Positions 36,769-46,627 are shown, counted from the stretch's first letter. The stretch: DNA of 64,000 nucleotides from Spirochaetota bacterium (GCA_050298055.1 JBNKTL010000011.1:1-64000), one strand, 5' to 3'. Notes: generated from the sequence alone by a model not told the origin. Program-made: numbers and translations.

Positions 36769-37632
36769 ATGCAGATAGCTATGGTGAGACTCAGAAACAG
36801 TTACCAGATCTGCCATATAGACGGTAACAATATATTCATAAAACCCGATTCACTGGGCATTGTTGAAACGGAACACGGGGTGGATATTGGCAGGATAATC
36901 AAGGGCAAAAACGGCCTGAAAAAATCGGATGTTGAAATAAAAGGGAAGCTGCTCAGGAAACTGACCGACGAGGATTACAACAGTATTCCCGAAATTGAAG
37001 CAATCGAGGAGAAGGCGTATAATACCTGCAGGGAGAAGGCAAAGAACAGGGAGCTCAACATGAAGCTTATCTCTGTAAAGTGCCTCTTCGACAGGACCAA
37101 GATCGTCTTTTACTTTGTGGCCGATAACAGGATCGATTTTCGGGAACTTGTCAGGGAACTGGCCTCTATTTTCAGGACAAGGATTGAAATGAGACAGATC
37201 GGTGTCAGGGATGAAACCCGGCTGGTTGGCGGATTTGGCCAGTGCGGCCGCGAACACTGCTGCAGCCATCAGTGGGAAGACTTTGACCCGGTATCAATCA
37301 AAATGGCAAAGGAACAAAACCTGAACCTCAATTCACTGAAAATTTCAGGGATGTGCGGAAGACTCCTCTGCTGTCTCGGGTATGAGTACAATACGTACAG
37401 GGAGTTCAATACGCAGCTTCCCAAAACGGGAAGTGAGATTTTCGCGGATTCCCGGTCTTTCACTGTTGAGAACTACGATACGCTTTCCGAGACTTTCACA
37501 ATCAGGGACGGGGACAGGATCATAAGGCTCTCCAAGTCTGAGATCCATAAACCTGGTGACAGGTACGTGATCAGGAAAGAACTCATTTCAAAAATATTCA
37601 GCGAGGATGATCCCGGCGAGGACACTCACTGA
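36769..37632 (+). CDS. ricT: PSP1/RicT (YaaT) family protein
   Basis: RIDFRELV, RIEMRQIGVRDE and ISGMCGRLLCCL motifs. Confidence 0.93.
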   Translation: MQIAMVRLRNSYQICHIDGNNIFIKPDSLGIVETEHGVDIGRIIKGKNGLKKSDVEIKGKLLRKLTDEDYNSIPEIEAIEEKAYNTCREKAKNRELNMKLISVKCLFDRTKIVFYFVADNRIDFRELVRELASIFRTRIEMRQIGVRDETRLVGGFGQCGREHCCSHQWEDFDPVSIKMAKEQNLNLNSLKISGMCGRLLCCLGYEYNTYREFNTQLPKTGSEIFADSRSFTVENYDTLSETFTIRDGDRIIRLSKSEIHKPGDRYVIRKELISKIFSEDDPGEDTH

Positions 37633-37667
37633 CATCTTTAAGAGAAGACTTCAACGGATAGACAGAT

Positions 37668-39587
37668 ATGGAAAAAAGATACTATGTAACGACTCCTATA
37701 TACTATGTAAATGCAGAACCTCATATCGGGCACGCGTACACCACAATTCTCGCTGATTTTATAAACAGGTTTCACACAATGCTCGGGTTTGACTCCTATT
37801 TCCTCACCGGCACCGATGAACACGGGGACAAGATATACACCGCGGCAAAGGAGGGTGGATCCACTCCCGAACAGTATACGGACAGAATAAGCGGCATATT
37901 CCGTAAAACATGGGATGAAATGGGGATCGGTTACAGCGACTTTATCAGGACAACCGAGGAGAGACACAGGAAGGTGGTGTCAATGATACTCCAGAAGGTC
38001 TATGATAAGGGTGATATATACTTCGGAAGCTACAGCGGGCACTACTGCGTGGGATGCGAAAGGTTCTTCACGGAGAAAGAGATGGTTGACGGCAAGTGTC
38101 CCGACCACAACAGGAAGCTTGACCTCATCGAAGAGAAGAACTACTTCTTTAAGATGAACAAGTACCAGGGGTGGCTTGTTGATTATATCGATAAAAATCC
38201 CGATTTTATCAGGCCCCAGAGATATAAAAACGAGGTGCTTTCGCTTCTCAAAGGTGAGGACCTGGAAGACCTCTGCATCTCACGGCCTAAATCGAGGCTC
38301 AGCTGGGGTATCCCCCTCCCTTTTGACGAAAACTATGTTACCTATGTCTGGTTTGACGCGCTGATCAATTATATCAGCGCCCTGGGGTATCCTGATGGGG
38401 AGAAGTTCAAAAAGTACTGGCCTGTTTCTCAGCATATCATTGCCAAGGACATTGTCAAACCCCACGGCGTCTTCTGGCCCACAATGCTCAAGGCGGCGGA
38501 TATTGAACCCTACGGGAACCTGAATGTTCACGGGTACTGGATAATGGAAGATGCCAAGATGTCAAAGAGCCTGGGAAATGTTGTTACCCCCTCGGGCCTC
38601 ATTGAGAAGTTCGGGAATGACCAGGTGAGGTACTTCTTTCTCAGGGAGATGACATTCGGCCTCGACTCAAAGTTCACCGAAGAGCTGCTGGTCCAGAGGA
38701 TCAACTATGACCTGGCCAATGACCTGGGCAACCTCATAAAGAGGACCTTCAATATGACCGAAAAGTTCAGGGAAGGGAAGGTCCCTCCCCTGGTGGAATC
38801 GGCCCCTTCCGGTAAGGCTGATATCATCTCCAGGCTGAAAACATCCGCGGAGAAATATATTGATTCTGTGAAGAAGTTCAATACAAGCGTGGGGATAGAA
38901 TCAGTCTGGGAATTTATACGGTTCCTGAACAAGTATATTGATGAGAAAAAGCCGTGGCAGCTGGCAAAGAACGGGGACCATGATGAACTCTCATCGGTGT
39001 TGAGAAACCTCCTCGAGGCCATTTACACCGTCAGTGTGCTTCTGTCACCGGTCCTTGTGGAAAAATCTGAAACTGTCATCAGGGCCCTGGGCATGGAGGG
39101 GAAGAACTGCGGTCTTGACGGTCTCCTCTCTCTCGCGAACCTCAATGAGGGGACGGCCCTGGAAGAGATCGGTGTTCTTTTCCCGCGAATTGAAACGGAA
39201 AAAAAGGATAATCCTGAAAAAAAGAAAGAGAACATGCCTGATAAAAAGAAAGATGACGGTCTTCTGGATATCAAAGATTTCTTCAGGGTTGACCTCCGGG
39301 TGGCAAAGGTCCTGAGTGCGGAACCTGTTGAGGGATCGGAGAAGCTGCTTGAACTCCGGGTTGACTCCGGGTCGGATGAAAGGACCGTTATTGCCGGTCT
39401 CGGGCAGGTTTATAAAGCGGAGTACCTGGTGGGGAAGAAGATCCTCCTCGTTGCCAACCTCAAGCCCGCGACAATTTTCAGGAAAAAATCATACGGGATG
39501 CTTCTTGCCGCAAAGAAAGAGAAGGACGACAGACCTGTCCTCGTCGAGGTGGATGATTCAATACCGGTTGGTTCGCGATTGAGCTGA
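37668..39587 (+). CDS. metG: Methionine--tRNA ligase
   Basis: PHIGH, YVWFDAL and KMSKS motifs; C-terminal tRNA-binding OB domain. Confidence 0.97.
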   Translation: MEKRYYVTTPIYYVNAEPHIGHAYTTILADFINRFHTMLGFDSYFLTGTDEHGDKIYTAAKEGGSTPEQYTDRISGIFRKTWDEMGIGYSDFIRTTEERHRKVVSMILQKVYDKGDIYFGSYSGHYCVGCERFFTEKEMVDGKCPDHNRKLDLIEEKNYFFKMNKYQGWLVDYIDKNPDFIRPQRYKNEVLSLLKGEDLEDLCISRPKSRLSWGIPLPFDENYVTYVWFDALINYISALGYPDGEKFKKYWPVSQHIIAKDIVKPHGVFWPTMLKAADIEPYGNLNVHGYWIMEDAKMSKSLGNVVTPSGLIEKFGNDQVRYFFLREMTFGLDSKFTEELLVQRINYDLANDLGNLIKRTFNMTEKFREGKVPPLVESAPSGKADIISRLKTSAEKYIDSVKKFNTSVGIESVWEFIRFLNKYIDEKKPWQLAKNGDHDELSSVLRNLLEAIYTVSVLLSPVLVEKSETVIRALGMEGKNCGLDGLLSLANLNEGTALEEIGVLFPRIETEKKDNPEKKKENMPDKKKDDGLLDIKDFFRVDLRVAKVLSAEPVEGSEKLLELRVDSGSDERTVIAGLGQVYKAEYLVGKKILLVANLKPATIFRKKSYGMLLAAKKEKDDRPVLVEVDDSIPVGSRLS

Positions 39588-39629
39588 TAGGGGTCCGTAT
39601 TTAACCGGCTTTCTGTTTCGGAATTGATT

Positions 39630-40121
39630 ATGAAGATCGGTATAATTTCAGATACACATAATACCATTGAATTGACCCGGAAAGCGGTTGAGATATTCAG
39701 GGATAACCATGTTGAACTCATCGTCCATGCGGGAGACCTCACATCGCCCAGGATGCTGGAGCTTTTCAGTGAATTTCCGTGTAAGATAGTCCTGGGAAAC
39801 GGCGACATAGATGTTGAGGAGATATGCAGCATGTGCCGGGACATGGGGTTTGGTTCTATCGGGGAGAGATCTGTTTTTGAGGCCGGCGGAAAGAGGATCA
39901 TCGTTTTCCACGGGGACAACGTGGGAATGTTCAGGAAAGCGGTCCTTTCCGGTCAATACGATTATATCATCAAGGGCCACACTCACTTTTTTGAAAACTA
40001 TGTAACCAATAATACCCGGGTCATCAACCCGGGTTCACTTTACGGAAGCGACGAGTTTTCCGTAGCGATCCTCGATACGGATGAGGACAGCGTGACGAGG
40101 ATAAAGGTGGATGGGGATTGA
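39630..40121 (+). CDS. YfcE/MJ0936 family metallophosphoesterase
   Basis: ISDTH, HAGD, GNGD, GHTH and NPGS motifs. Confidence 0.92.
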   Translation: MKIGIISDTHNTIELTRKAVEIFRDNHVELIVHAGDLTSPRMLELFSEFPCKIVLGNGDIDVEEICSMCRDMGFGSIGERSVFEAGGKRIIVFHGDNVGMFRKAVLSGQYDYIIKGHTHFFENYVTNNTRVINPGSLYGSDEFSVAILDTDEDSVTRIKVDGD

Positions 40122-40142
40122 TAGTATCCTGCTAAATATTCT

Positions 40143-40649
40143 TTAAAACCTTAAAACCGGAATCATAACAATCATTGTCAGCCCCACAGCGGACCCTGCG
40201 GCACAGTGGTGCCATTTCTCCTCCTTATCGGGGATGGATGCCACCAGGACCATCCCCAGGGTGGCAAGGCCTCCCAGGAGCGCATGATAGCCGCTTCCCT
40301 CTCCCCATTCAACACTGTCACTGTGGGTATAAAGCCCGATCCCCGCGTTTACCAGGAAGAGTCCGGCGGCAGCACCTGTGAGCACTTCATGGCCTTCGGA
40401 TTCCCCTTCTCTGTGTTTTGCCCAAGCGCCGGTCCCCACGGCAGCCAGGCCGGTAAGAAGAGCGGTATAGCCGATCCAGCGGTGCAGGGTGGGACCGGTT
40501 ATGAATGGTTTCTCTTCAACGGTGGTTTCTTCAGACTGGTAGAGGACCTGTCCCGGGTCGTGCCACTGCTGCAGGGACAGGTAAGACCATGCCGGCAGAG
40601 CGGACAGAAAAAAACAGAATGAAAAGACAATTGATAGAAATTTATACAT
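40143..40649 (-). CDS. Hypothetical 4-TM membrane protein with His-led helices
   Basis: Signal peptide followed by four hydrophobic helices, each preceded by His. Confidence 0.7.
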   Translation of the reverse strand: MYKFLSIVFSFCFFLSALPAWSYLSLQQWHDPGQVLYQSEETTVEEKPFITGPTLHRWIGYTALLTGLAAVGTGAWAKHREGESEGHEVLTGAAAGLFLVNAGIGLYTHSDSVEWGEGSGYHALLGGLATLGMVLVASIPDKEEKWHHCAAGSAVGLTMIVMIPVLRF

Positions 40650-40723
40650 ATTTCCTCTCTGAAAAAACGTGTTACTGAACAGTTTTTCTGATAGAATATT
40701 TCAGAGAGAAAGAGAGTCAAGAG

Positions 40724-41593
40724 TTATTTCAGAAGCTCCAGTATCCTCTCAAAATCGTCCAGTGAGTAGTAGCTGATCTCAATGACCCCCCGCTTGCCGG
40801 AATGCTTGATCTCAACCTTTGTCCCCAGGAGTGATTTGAGCCTGTCTTCCATTTTCCTGATATGGGCTTCCTTCTGTTTCTTTTTGTTACCGGCGCTGTT
40901 CTTCTCCGTCTCAAGGTCGGCAATAATTTTTTCAAGTCCCCTCACGGAGTGCCCCTTCTCTAAAATCTCCTTATAGAGCTTTTTCTGCCCGGATGTCCCC
41001 GATACGGAGAGGAGGAGTTTTGCGTGACCGGTGCTGATCTTTCCTTCGGAAAGTCCTTTTTGTATCTCGGGGGGAAGGTTCAGTAGTCTCAGGGAGTTCG
41101 CGATTGTGGCCCTCTCTTTTCCCACCCGTTCCGCGATGTCGCTCTGCTTCAGTTTAAACCTCCCCGCAAGGACCTTGTATGCCTTTGCCTCTTCCACGGG
41201 GTCCAGGGCGGACCGCTGAATGTTCTCAATAAGGGCCATGGTGAGGTTGCTTTCTTCATCGGCTTCAATGACTATTGTGCGTATGGTTCTCAGGCCAAGG
41301 GATTTGCATGCCCTGAGCCGTCTTTCGCCCGCGACAACGAAGTAGCCGGATGGATCTTTTCTTACGATAATGGGCTGTAAAAGCCCCACGGATTTTATGG
41401 ACCCGGCAAGACCCCGGATCTCAGAATTATCGAAATGGGTCCTGGGCTGGTCCGGGTTCGGCTTGATCTTTTCTGTTTCAAGTTCGACGATCCTTTCGGT
41501 ATGGACATTTACCGCTGTTTCCATCTCATCGGCCGGTTTTGGAGAGGTGGATATGATGGCGCTCAGGCCTTTTCCCAGAACTTTTTTAGCCAT
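40724..41593 (-). CDS. parB: Chromosome partitioning protein ParB
   Basis: LGKGL, NPDQPR, GERRLRA and ENIQR motifs plus HTH. Confidence 0.96.
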   Translation of the reverse strand: MAKKVLGKGLSAIISTSPKPADEMETAVNVHTERIVELETEKIKPNPDQPRTHFDNSEIRGLAGSIKSVGLLQPIIVRKDPSGYFVVAGERRLRACKSLGLRTIRTIVIEADEESNLTMALIENIQRSALDPVEEAKAYKVLAGRFKLKQSDIAERVGKERATIANSLRLLNLPPEIQKGLSEGKISTGHAKLLLSVSGTSGQKKLYKEILEKGHSVRGLEKIIADLETEKNSAGNKKKQKEAHIRKMEDRLKSLLGTKVEIKHSGKRGVIEISYYSLDDFERILELLK

Positions 41594-42347
41594 TCTTCAT
41601 AACCTCCTCTGCAAGCTGTTCATAGCTGACGCTTCCGGCACTGGTCCTGTCATAGTGGCTGATGGGTTTACCGAAAGAGGGAGCCTCGGAAAGCCTGACG
41701 TTCCGGGGAATGATGGATTTGAATACCTTGTCCCTGAAATACTCCTTCACATCGGAAACAACCTGCTGTGAAAGGTTTGTCCGGGAATCGAACATTGTGA
41801 GGACAACACCCTCGATTTTCAGACCCCTGTTGATCTTCTCCTGTACCATTGCGATGATTTTTAAAAGCTGGCTCAGGCCTTCAAGGGCATAGTACTCGCA
41901 CTGAAGGGGGATGAGGACCGAATCTGCCGCCACAAGGCTGTTGAGGGTAAGGATACCCAGGGAGGGAGGGCAGTCAATAAAGATATAGTCAAAATCATCT
42001 TTAATGGGTTCAAGCGTCTTTTTCAGGATATACTCCTTTCCCTCCCTGTCAAGGAGTTCAACCTGGGCCCCGGAGAGGTGAATGTTCGAGGGGATAAGGT
42101 AGAGGTCTTCAATATCGGTCTTGAAAATAACTTTATCAATGGGGATCTGTCCGATTAATACTTCGTAAATGGTTGTTTCGATCTCTTCGGCGTTTATGCC
42201 GATGCCGAAACCCGCGTTCCCCTGGGGGTCCACATCTATGATAAGTACCCTGTTTCCTTTCAGGGCAAGGTAGGAAGCAAGGTTTACGGTGGTAGTGGTT
42301 TTGCCGACTCCTCCCTTCTGGTTTGATACGGATATGATTCTGCCCAT
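41586..42347 (-). CDS. parA: ParA/Soj ATPase
   Basis: KGGVGKTTT, DPQGN, IDCPPSLG and QCEYYALEG motifs. Confidence 0.96.
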   Translation of the reverse strand: MGRIISVSNQKGGVGKTTTTVNLASYLALKGNRVLIIDVDPQGNAGFGIGINAEEIETTIYEVLIGQIPIDKVIFKTDIEDLYLIPSNIHLSGAQVELLDREGKEYILKKTLEPIKDDFDYIFIDCPPSLGILTLNSLVAADSVLIPLQCEYYALEGLSQLLKIIAMVQEKINRGLKIEGVVLTMFDSRTNLSQQVVSDVKEYFRDKVFKSIIPRNVRLSEAPSFGKPISHYDRTSAGSVSYEQLAEEVMKNG

Positions 42348-42385
42348 TTTTACTCCGTTGTTATGATTGGTTAAAACAATTAACC

Positions 42386-42522
42386 ATAACTATTCAGCTT
42401 TATGTATAAAATCTGCTTATTTAATATAATTTTAACAATGTGTCCCCGCCGCCTTTGGCGGAGGGGACACATCCGTTTTATTTTGTTCATTAAAATGTCT
42501 TTTCTTGAACAGCTATAATTAT
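42386..42522 (+). mobile_element. MITE-like element, copy H
   Basis: ATAACTATTCAGCT left end, core ATGTGTCCCCGCCGCC-TTT-GGCGGAGGGGACACAT (42438-42472) and AGCTATAATTAT right end. Confidence 0.78.
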
Positions 42523-42790
42523 ACAGAAAATTATTCCCCGTAAGCAGAACAGAATCCAGAAAACCTGTATGAATGCAACAACTTTTCAAGATTAATTGCC
42601 GGAACCCGGCCGGGGAGTGTAAAAATTTACCGTTGAATAGAAATCGGTTCGAAAGGGGCTTTAATTTCTCATTATATATCTGGAAAACCCGGTTGTAAAG
42701 CCTTCTAATTAATTTCTTGACGTAATGATTGAGAGGATAATGCTGTGAGCATCATTTGTAAATGCTACGGGTACCGGAAGGGGTAGAGCT

Positions 42791-43279
42791 ATGTGGAAGA
42801 GAAAAAGCAGGATCCTTGACAGGCAGTTTCAGCTTAAGACGACATTTTCAATTATTGCAATAGCATTAATAGCATATCTTGTGGTCATTGCCACGGCGGT
42901 TATCATTACAAGCTATAACAACAGGGCTATCCGTTCCGATATCCGGGTTTTAAATAAGAGTGTTTCCGGGACCGGTGTGGGACCGGAATTCACAGCCAGC
43001 ATAGCAAACCTGGAGAAAAACATGGACAGAAATTTCCTCCTTATTTCTGTGATCATTGCTGTTGTTTTATTACAGGTTATTATCCTCTATATCTTCCTTA
43101 TCCGTCTGACACACAGGATCTCGGGGCCCATCTATGTCATATCCCGGCATATTGAGGATATTATGAATGGCCGAAAGCCGGAACTCAGGGGGCTCCGTGA
43201 TAATGATGAACTGAAGGAATTTTATGAAAAGTTTGCCGGGATGATAGAGAAGGTCGACTTTTCAAAAAGCACCGAATAA
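42791..43279 (+). CDS. Small 2-TM protein with C-terminal HAMP-like segment
   Basis: KRK..FQLK N-terminus, two TMs and THRISGPIY..LRDNDEL. Confidence 0.8.
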   Translation: MWKRKSRILDRQFQLKTTFSIIAIALIAYLVVIATAVIITSYNNRAIRSDIRVLNKSVSGTGVGPEFTASIANLEKNMDRNFLLISVIIAVVLLQVIILYIFLIRLTHRISGPIYVISRHIEDIMNGRKPELRGLRDNDELKEFYEKFAGMIEKVDFSKSTE

Positions 43280-43296
43280 ATTAAGTGAACAGATGG

Positions 43297-44505
43297 TCAA
43301 TGGATCATTTTCGGCCTTCCGGAATATTTTTTCCCTCCGAAGAGATAGATGAATGTAAAAATAACAGCAACAAGAAGAACAAGTAATGCTACAATTGCTG
43401 TTGTTTTATAATAGGGGAAGTACCTTTCCCCGCTTGCCGATATGAGAGAAAAAATCCCGTATCTTTTTTCTGATACCGGGTAGACCCTGGCATAGCATAC
43501 GGAGCTTTCGGGACTTTCAATGTTAAAGGTGTAATCTTCCTTTACGGATTCTACCGAAAGCATGAGCGACATATCCCTGTCAAAAATATCAAGCTGGTAG
43601 TCACTGCCCTCTGTTGTAAAGGAGAGGGTGTTGTTCCCGGCTTTGAGGTTGAACCGGTATGTTCTCGATATCTCGCCGCCCATGAGTGAGTCGACTATCC
43701 TGCCGGTGACTTCCTGCTGGTATTTTGATGATTCATCATACTGCTTTTTCAGAAGATGGCTTCCCGCGATTCTGTAGATGTTAAATCTCCTGAAGCTGCT
43801 GAAAACCGTGCTGTAGTAACTGGTGAAGAGGGCTTCACCCGCACCCCTTCTCATGATAAAACTTATAATCCCGTTTTTTTCACCCCTGGGTGTTTGAAAG
43901 CCTGCCGTTGAGAGGATATCCACATCATCCGCAGATTTAACGGCGACCCATCCCGGGTAGGTGATGTAGAGAGGAGATCTTTTGTCGAGACTGAAGCGGT
44001 AGAGATCGTTTCGGTTTTCTGTGATGATCCTTCCCGGCATCCCCATGTAAGGGAAATTGTTAAAAAAAGAGATGAGATGATAGGCAAGCTGAAGATATTT
44101 GTATGAGTACCCGGAACAGTAAACGGAACCGCCATCCTCAATAAAAGTTTTTATGTTCCGTGATATCCTTTTCTCATCGGTCTTCAGAGCGTCCCTGCTC
44201 AGCTTTACAGATTTTATCCTTGTGCCTGTTGCAACCAGGTTAATTTTCTTATGAAGGGGGACTTCCACGCCGCTGGGAAGAAATATCGCCGTGTATTTCA
44301 TAATATTTTTGATATTCTGGAGCTCTTGAAGCCTGATTGTTTCATAGGGGACCCTGTAGTTTTTTAAAACCGTGTCAACACTGTCATAACTTCCTTTGAC
44401 TACCGCAATTCTGCCGGAAGCTGATAGTTTGTTATGCACTGAAAAGATGTGGACCGATATGATAATCAGCGGGAGATAAAATATTTTTAATAATGACTTT
44501 TTCAT
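43297..44505 (-). CDS. Hypothetical exported protein (GATase-like domain + beta-sandwich + C-terminal TM anchor)
   Basis: Signal peptide, IAVVKGSYD..FIEDGGSVY and a C-terminal hydrophobic helix followed by a basic tail. Confidence 0.65.
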   Translation of the reverse strand: MKKSLLKIFYLPLIIISVHIFSVHNKLSASGRIAVVKGSYDSVDTVLKNYRVPYETIRLQELQNIKNIMKYTAIFLPSGVEVPLHKKINLVATGTRIKSVKLSRDALKTDEKRISRNIKTFIEDGGSVYCSGYSYKYLQLAYHLISFFNNFPYMGMPGRIITENRNDLYRFSLDKRSPLYITYPGWVAVKSADDVDILSTAGFQTPRGEKNGIISFIMRRGAGEALFTSYYSTVFSSFRRFNIYRIAGSHLLKKQYDESSKYQQEVTGRIVDSLMGGEISRTYRFNLKAGNNTLSFTTEGSDYQLDIFDRDMSLMLSVESVKEDYTFNIESPESSVCYARVYPVSEKRYGIFSLISASGERYFPYYKTTAIVALLVLLVAVIFTFIYLFGGKKYSGRPKMIH

Positions 44506-44601
44506 AATGATAAAAACTGGATTATGGGTATCTCAAAAAAATAAATTTATCGTATATTTACAATAACAAATTTAATTTTCTTTCTTGTTATTGCAGGAAT
44601 G

Positions 44602-44713
44602 CCCTCATCCCCTAACCCCCTTCAGTCGAGAGCTTATTGGACCTCCTGTCCGCTCTCAACACTGAGGCCTCCTGCCTGGAGTCCCGGTGATAAAAAGGAA
44701 GGGAGAAGGGGGA
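44602..44713. repeat. Nested REP-like palindrome mosaic
   Basis: Outer CCCTCATCCCCTAACCCCCTTC...GAAGGGAGAAGGGGG enclosing TCAGTCGAGAGC/GCTCTCAACACTGA, GGACCTCCTGTCC and GGCCTCCTGCC. Confidence 0.55.
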
Positions 44714-44776
44714 ATAAGAGAAAAACGGTGTTATACAAAAAACAAAAACTTTCTTGACGTAAAATGTACACATGAA

Positions 44777-44800
44777 CATATGAGTAATTGATCACAGGTG
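44777..44800 (+). promoter_or_regulatory. Probable SmtB/CzrA-type operator
   Basis: CATATGAGTAATTGATCACAGGTG imperfect TGA-N8-TCA dyad, downstream of TTGACG (44754) and just upstream of the ArsR gene. Confidence 0.5.
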
Positions 44801-44805
44801 TTGTC

Positions 44806-45111
44806 ATGAATAAAATTGATCATTCTTCTCAGAGCAGGCTTTTGTACCTGGCGGAGTTTTTTAAGGTTTTTGGTGACTCCACCAGGCTCAGGATAATCAG
44901 TCTCCTTGAAGAATCAGAGCTGTGTGTGAACGATATTGCGGAAAAACTTCAAATGAACCAGTCGGCAATTTCACATCAATTAAGAACACTCAAGCAGAAC
45001 AGGCTGGTAAAACAGAGGAGAAAGGGAAAGGCCGTATTCTATTCCCTGGATGACAGCCATGTTGTGGATATATTCAGACAGGGTATAGAGCATATTTCAG
45101 AACAGGAATAA
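44806..45111 (+). CDS. ArsR/SmtB family metal-sensing repressor (alpha5 site)
   Basis: FKVFGDSTRLRI, ELCVNDIA, SAISHQLRTL and YSLDDSHV..EH motifs. Confidence 0.93.
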   Translation: MNKIDHSSQSRLLYLAEFFKVFGDSTRLRIISLLEESELCVNDIAEKLQMNQSAISHQLRTLKQNRLVKQRRKGKAVFYSLDDSHVVDIFRQGIEHISEQE

Positions 45112-45137
45112 TTTTTTCAGGGACCGGCAAAGACCAT

Positions 45138-46085
45138 ATGGATATTAACCACAGGCACGCAGATAACGATGACCGGAACGGCCACAGTCATGGCCATGAT
45201 CATCATTTTGATAACAAGTTCAAACTCGTTGTGGTGATTTTCTTTAATGCCGTGATCACACTTGCCGAATATATCGGCGGGATGCTCTCCGGCAGTCTCG
45301 CGCTGATTTCAGATGCCGGCCACAACCTCTCGGATGTCCTCTCCCTCATGCTCGGGTATGCGGGGGAAAAGGTGACGGAAATTGATCCGAGCAAAAGATA
45401 TACATTCGGGCTTAAGCGTTTTGAGGTGCTTATCGCCCTGGTCAACGCCCTGATTCTCGTGGGAATCGGAATTTTTATTGTCTCTGAAGCGGTTTCCCGT
45501 TTCAATAATCCCGTAAAGATCAATATCGGGATCATGCTGGTTGTGGCGGTGGTGGGCCTTCTGGGAAATGTTTTTTCCATCATGGTGCTTTCCCGGAGCA
45601 GGCACAGCAATCTGAACATGAAGGCGGCCTTTCTTCACCTGATGTATGACGCAATCTCATCTCTGGGGGTAATTGCCGCCGGTGTTATTATCTCTTATAC
45701 GGAGTTCTACTGGATCGACCTGCTTTTCAGCCTTGTGATCGTGATAATGATTGTCTGGAGTTCAAAGGACATTATCAGGGAATCACTTCATATTTTCCTG
45801 CAGGGGGCCCCTGTCCATATAGATTCGGATGAGATATACAGGAGCATTGTTGACCTGAAAAATGTAGGCGATGTACACGGCCTTCACATCTGGTCCATCA
45901 ATTCCACGGAGATATTCCTGTCGTGTCATATCCTTACAGACCAGAATGTCGAAGATGTTAATACCGATGAACTGATCGGGAGTGTCAACCGGATGCTGGA
46001 GGAAAAATTCGGCATAGAGCATACAACACTTCAGATCGAAACGAAAGGCATATGCAGTCTTAAAAACGGAGTCTGCTGCAGGTAG
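45138..46085 (+). CDS. Cation diffusion facilitator (CzcD/ZitB-like Zn/Co/Cd exporter)
   Basis: His-rich N-terminus; SLALISDAGHNLSD, HLMYD, HGLHIW and HTTLQIE motifs. Confidence 0.94.
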   Translation: MDINHRHADNDDRNGHSHGHDHHFDNKFKLVVVIFFNAVITLAEYIGGMLSGSLALISDAGHNLSDVLSLMLGYAGEKVTEIDPSKRYTFGLKRFEVLIALVNALILVGIGIFIVSEAVSRFNNPVKINIGIMLVVAVVGLLGNVFSIMVLSRSRHSNLNMKAAFLHLMYDAISSLGVIAAGVIISYTEFYWIDLLFSLVIVIMIVWSSKDIIRESLHIFLQGAPVHIDSDEIYRSIVDLKNVGDVHGLHIWSINSTEIFLSCHILTDQNVEDVNTDELIGSVNRMLEEKFGIEHTTLQIETKGICSLKNGVCCR

Positions 46086-46114
46086 ACAAATTACAGTAAA
46101 GGAAACGGAATTTT

Positions 46115-46582
46115 ATGGAGAGTAAAACAGTGAGTTACAGTTCAATTGAGATCGTTCTTCAGATGACCCAGGCGGACGCGAACCTTGCGGGGAACGTCCA
46201 CGGGGGGTCTATCATGAAGCAGGTTGATAACACGGCGGGTCTTGTTGCCGTGAGGCATACCGGGGGCAATGTTGTTACCGCGTCTATCGACAGGCTCAAT
46301 TTTCACAAACCGGTTTATGTGGGGGACATCCTCAGGATCAAGTCGTCAATAAACATGGTGGGGAGTACCTCAATGGAGGTGGGTGTAAGCGTTGATGCGG
46401 AAAACGTTCTCACCGGGGAGACCCGGCACACGGCCACCGCCTACCTGACATTCGTTGCCCTTGATGAAAAGGGAAACCCCCGGAAGGTGCCCGAACTGAT
46501 CCTTGAAACCGATAACGACCGGAGAAGGAACAGTGAGGCCATTCAGAGAAGAGAGGAGAGGCTGAGACAACGTGAAGCATAA
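46115..46582 (+). CDS. Acyl-CoA thioesterase (hotdog, YciA-like)
   Basis: ANLAGNVHGG, VVTASID, GSTSMEVGV and TFVALD motifs. Confidence 0.93.
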   Translation: MESKTVSYSSIEIVLQMTQADANLAGNVHGGSIMKQVDNTAGLVAVRHTGGNVVTASIDRLNFHKPVYVGDILRIKSSINMVGSTSMEVGVSVDAENVLTGETRHTATAYLTFVALDEKGNPRKVPELILETDNDRRRNSEAIQRREERLRQREA

Positions 46583-46627
46583 TTTACCATTATTTTATAT
46601 ATTATCCGTTTAAATTGGAGAGGAGAC

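Noticed and set aside
11158..42522. 140-bp elements as integron attC sites (AAC...GTT ends, similar length)
   Set aside because: The bases inside AAC/GTT are paired rather than forming the unpaired central spacer, copies occur in both orientations next to housekeeping genes, and no integrase is present. An IntegronFinder run would settle it.
42380..42589. Short ORFs across repeat copies (also 16632..16826 and 27864..28253)
   Set aside because: They run through the non-coding element or antisense to real genes and lack an RBS or motif.
40650..42800. parS site or oriC near parAB
   Set aside because: No TGTTTCACGTGAAACA-like palindrome or DnaA-box cluster was seen by eye.
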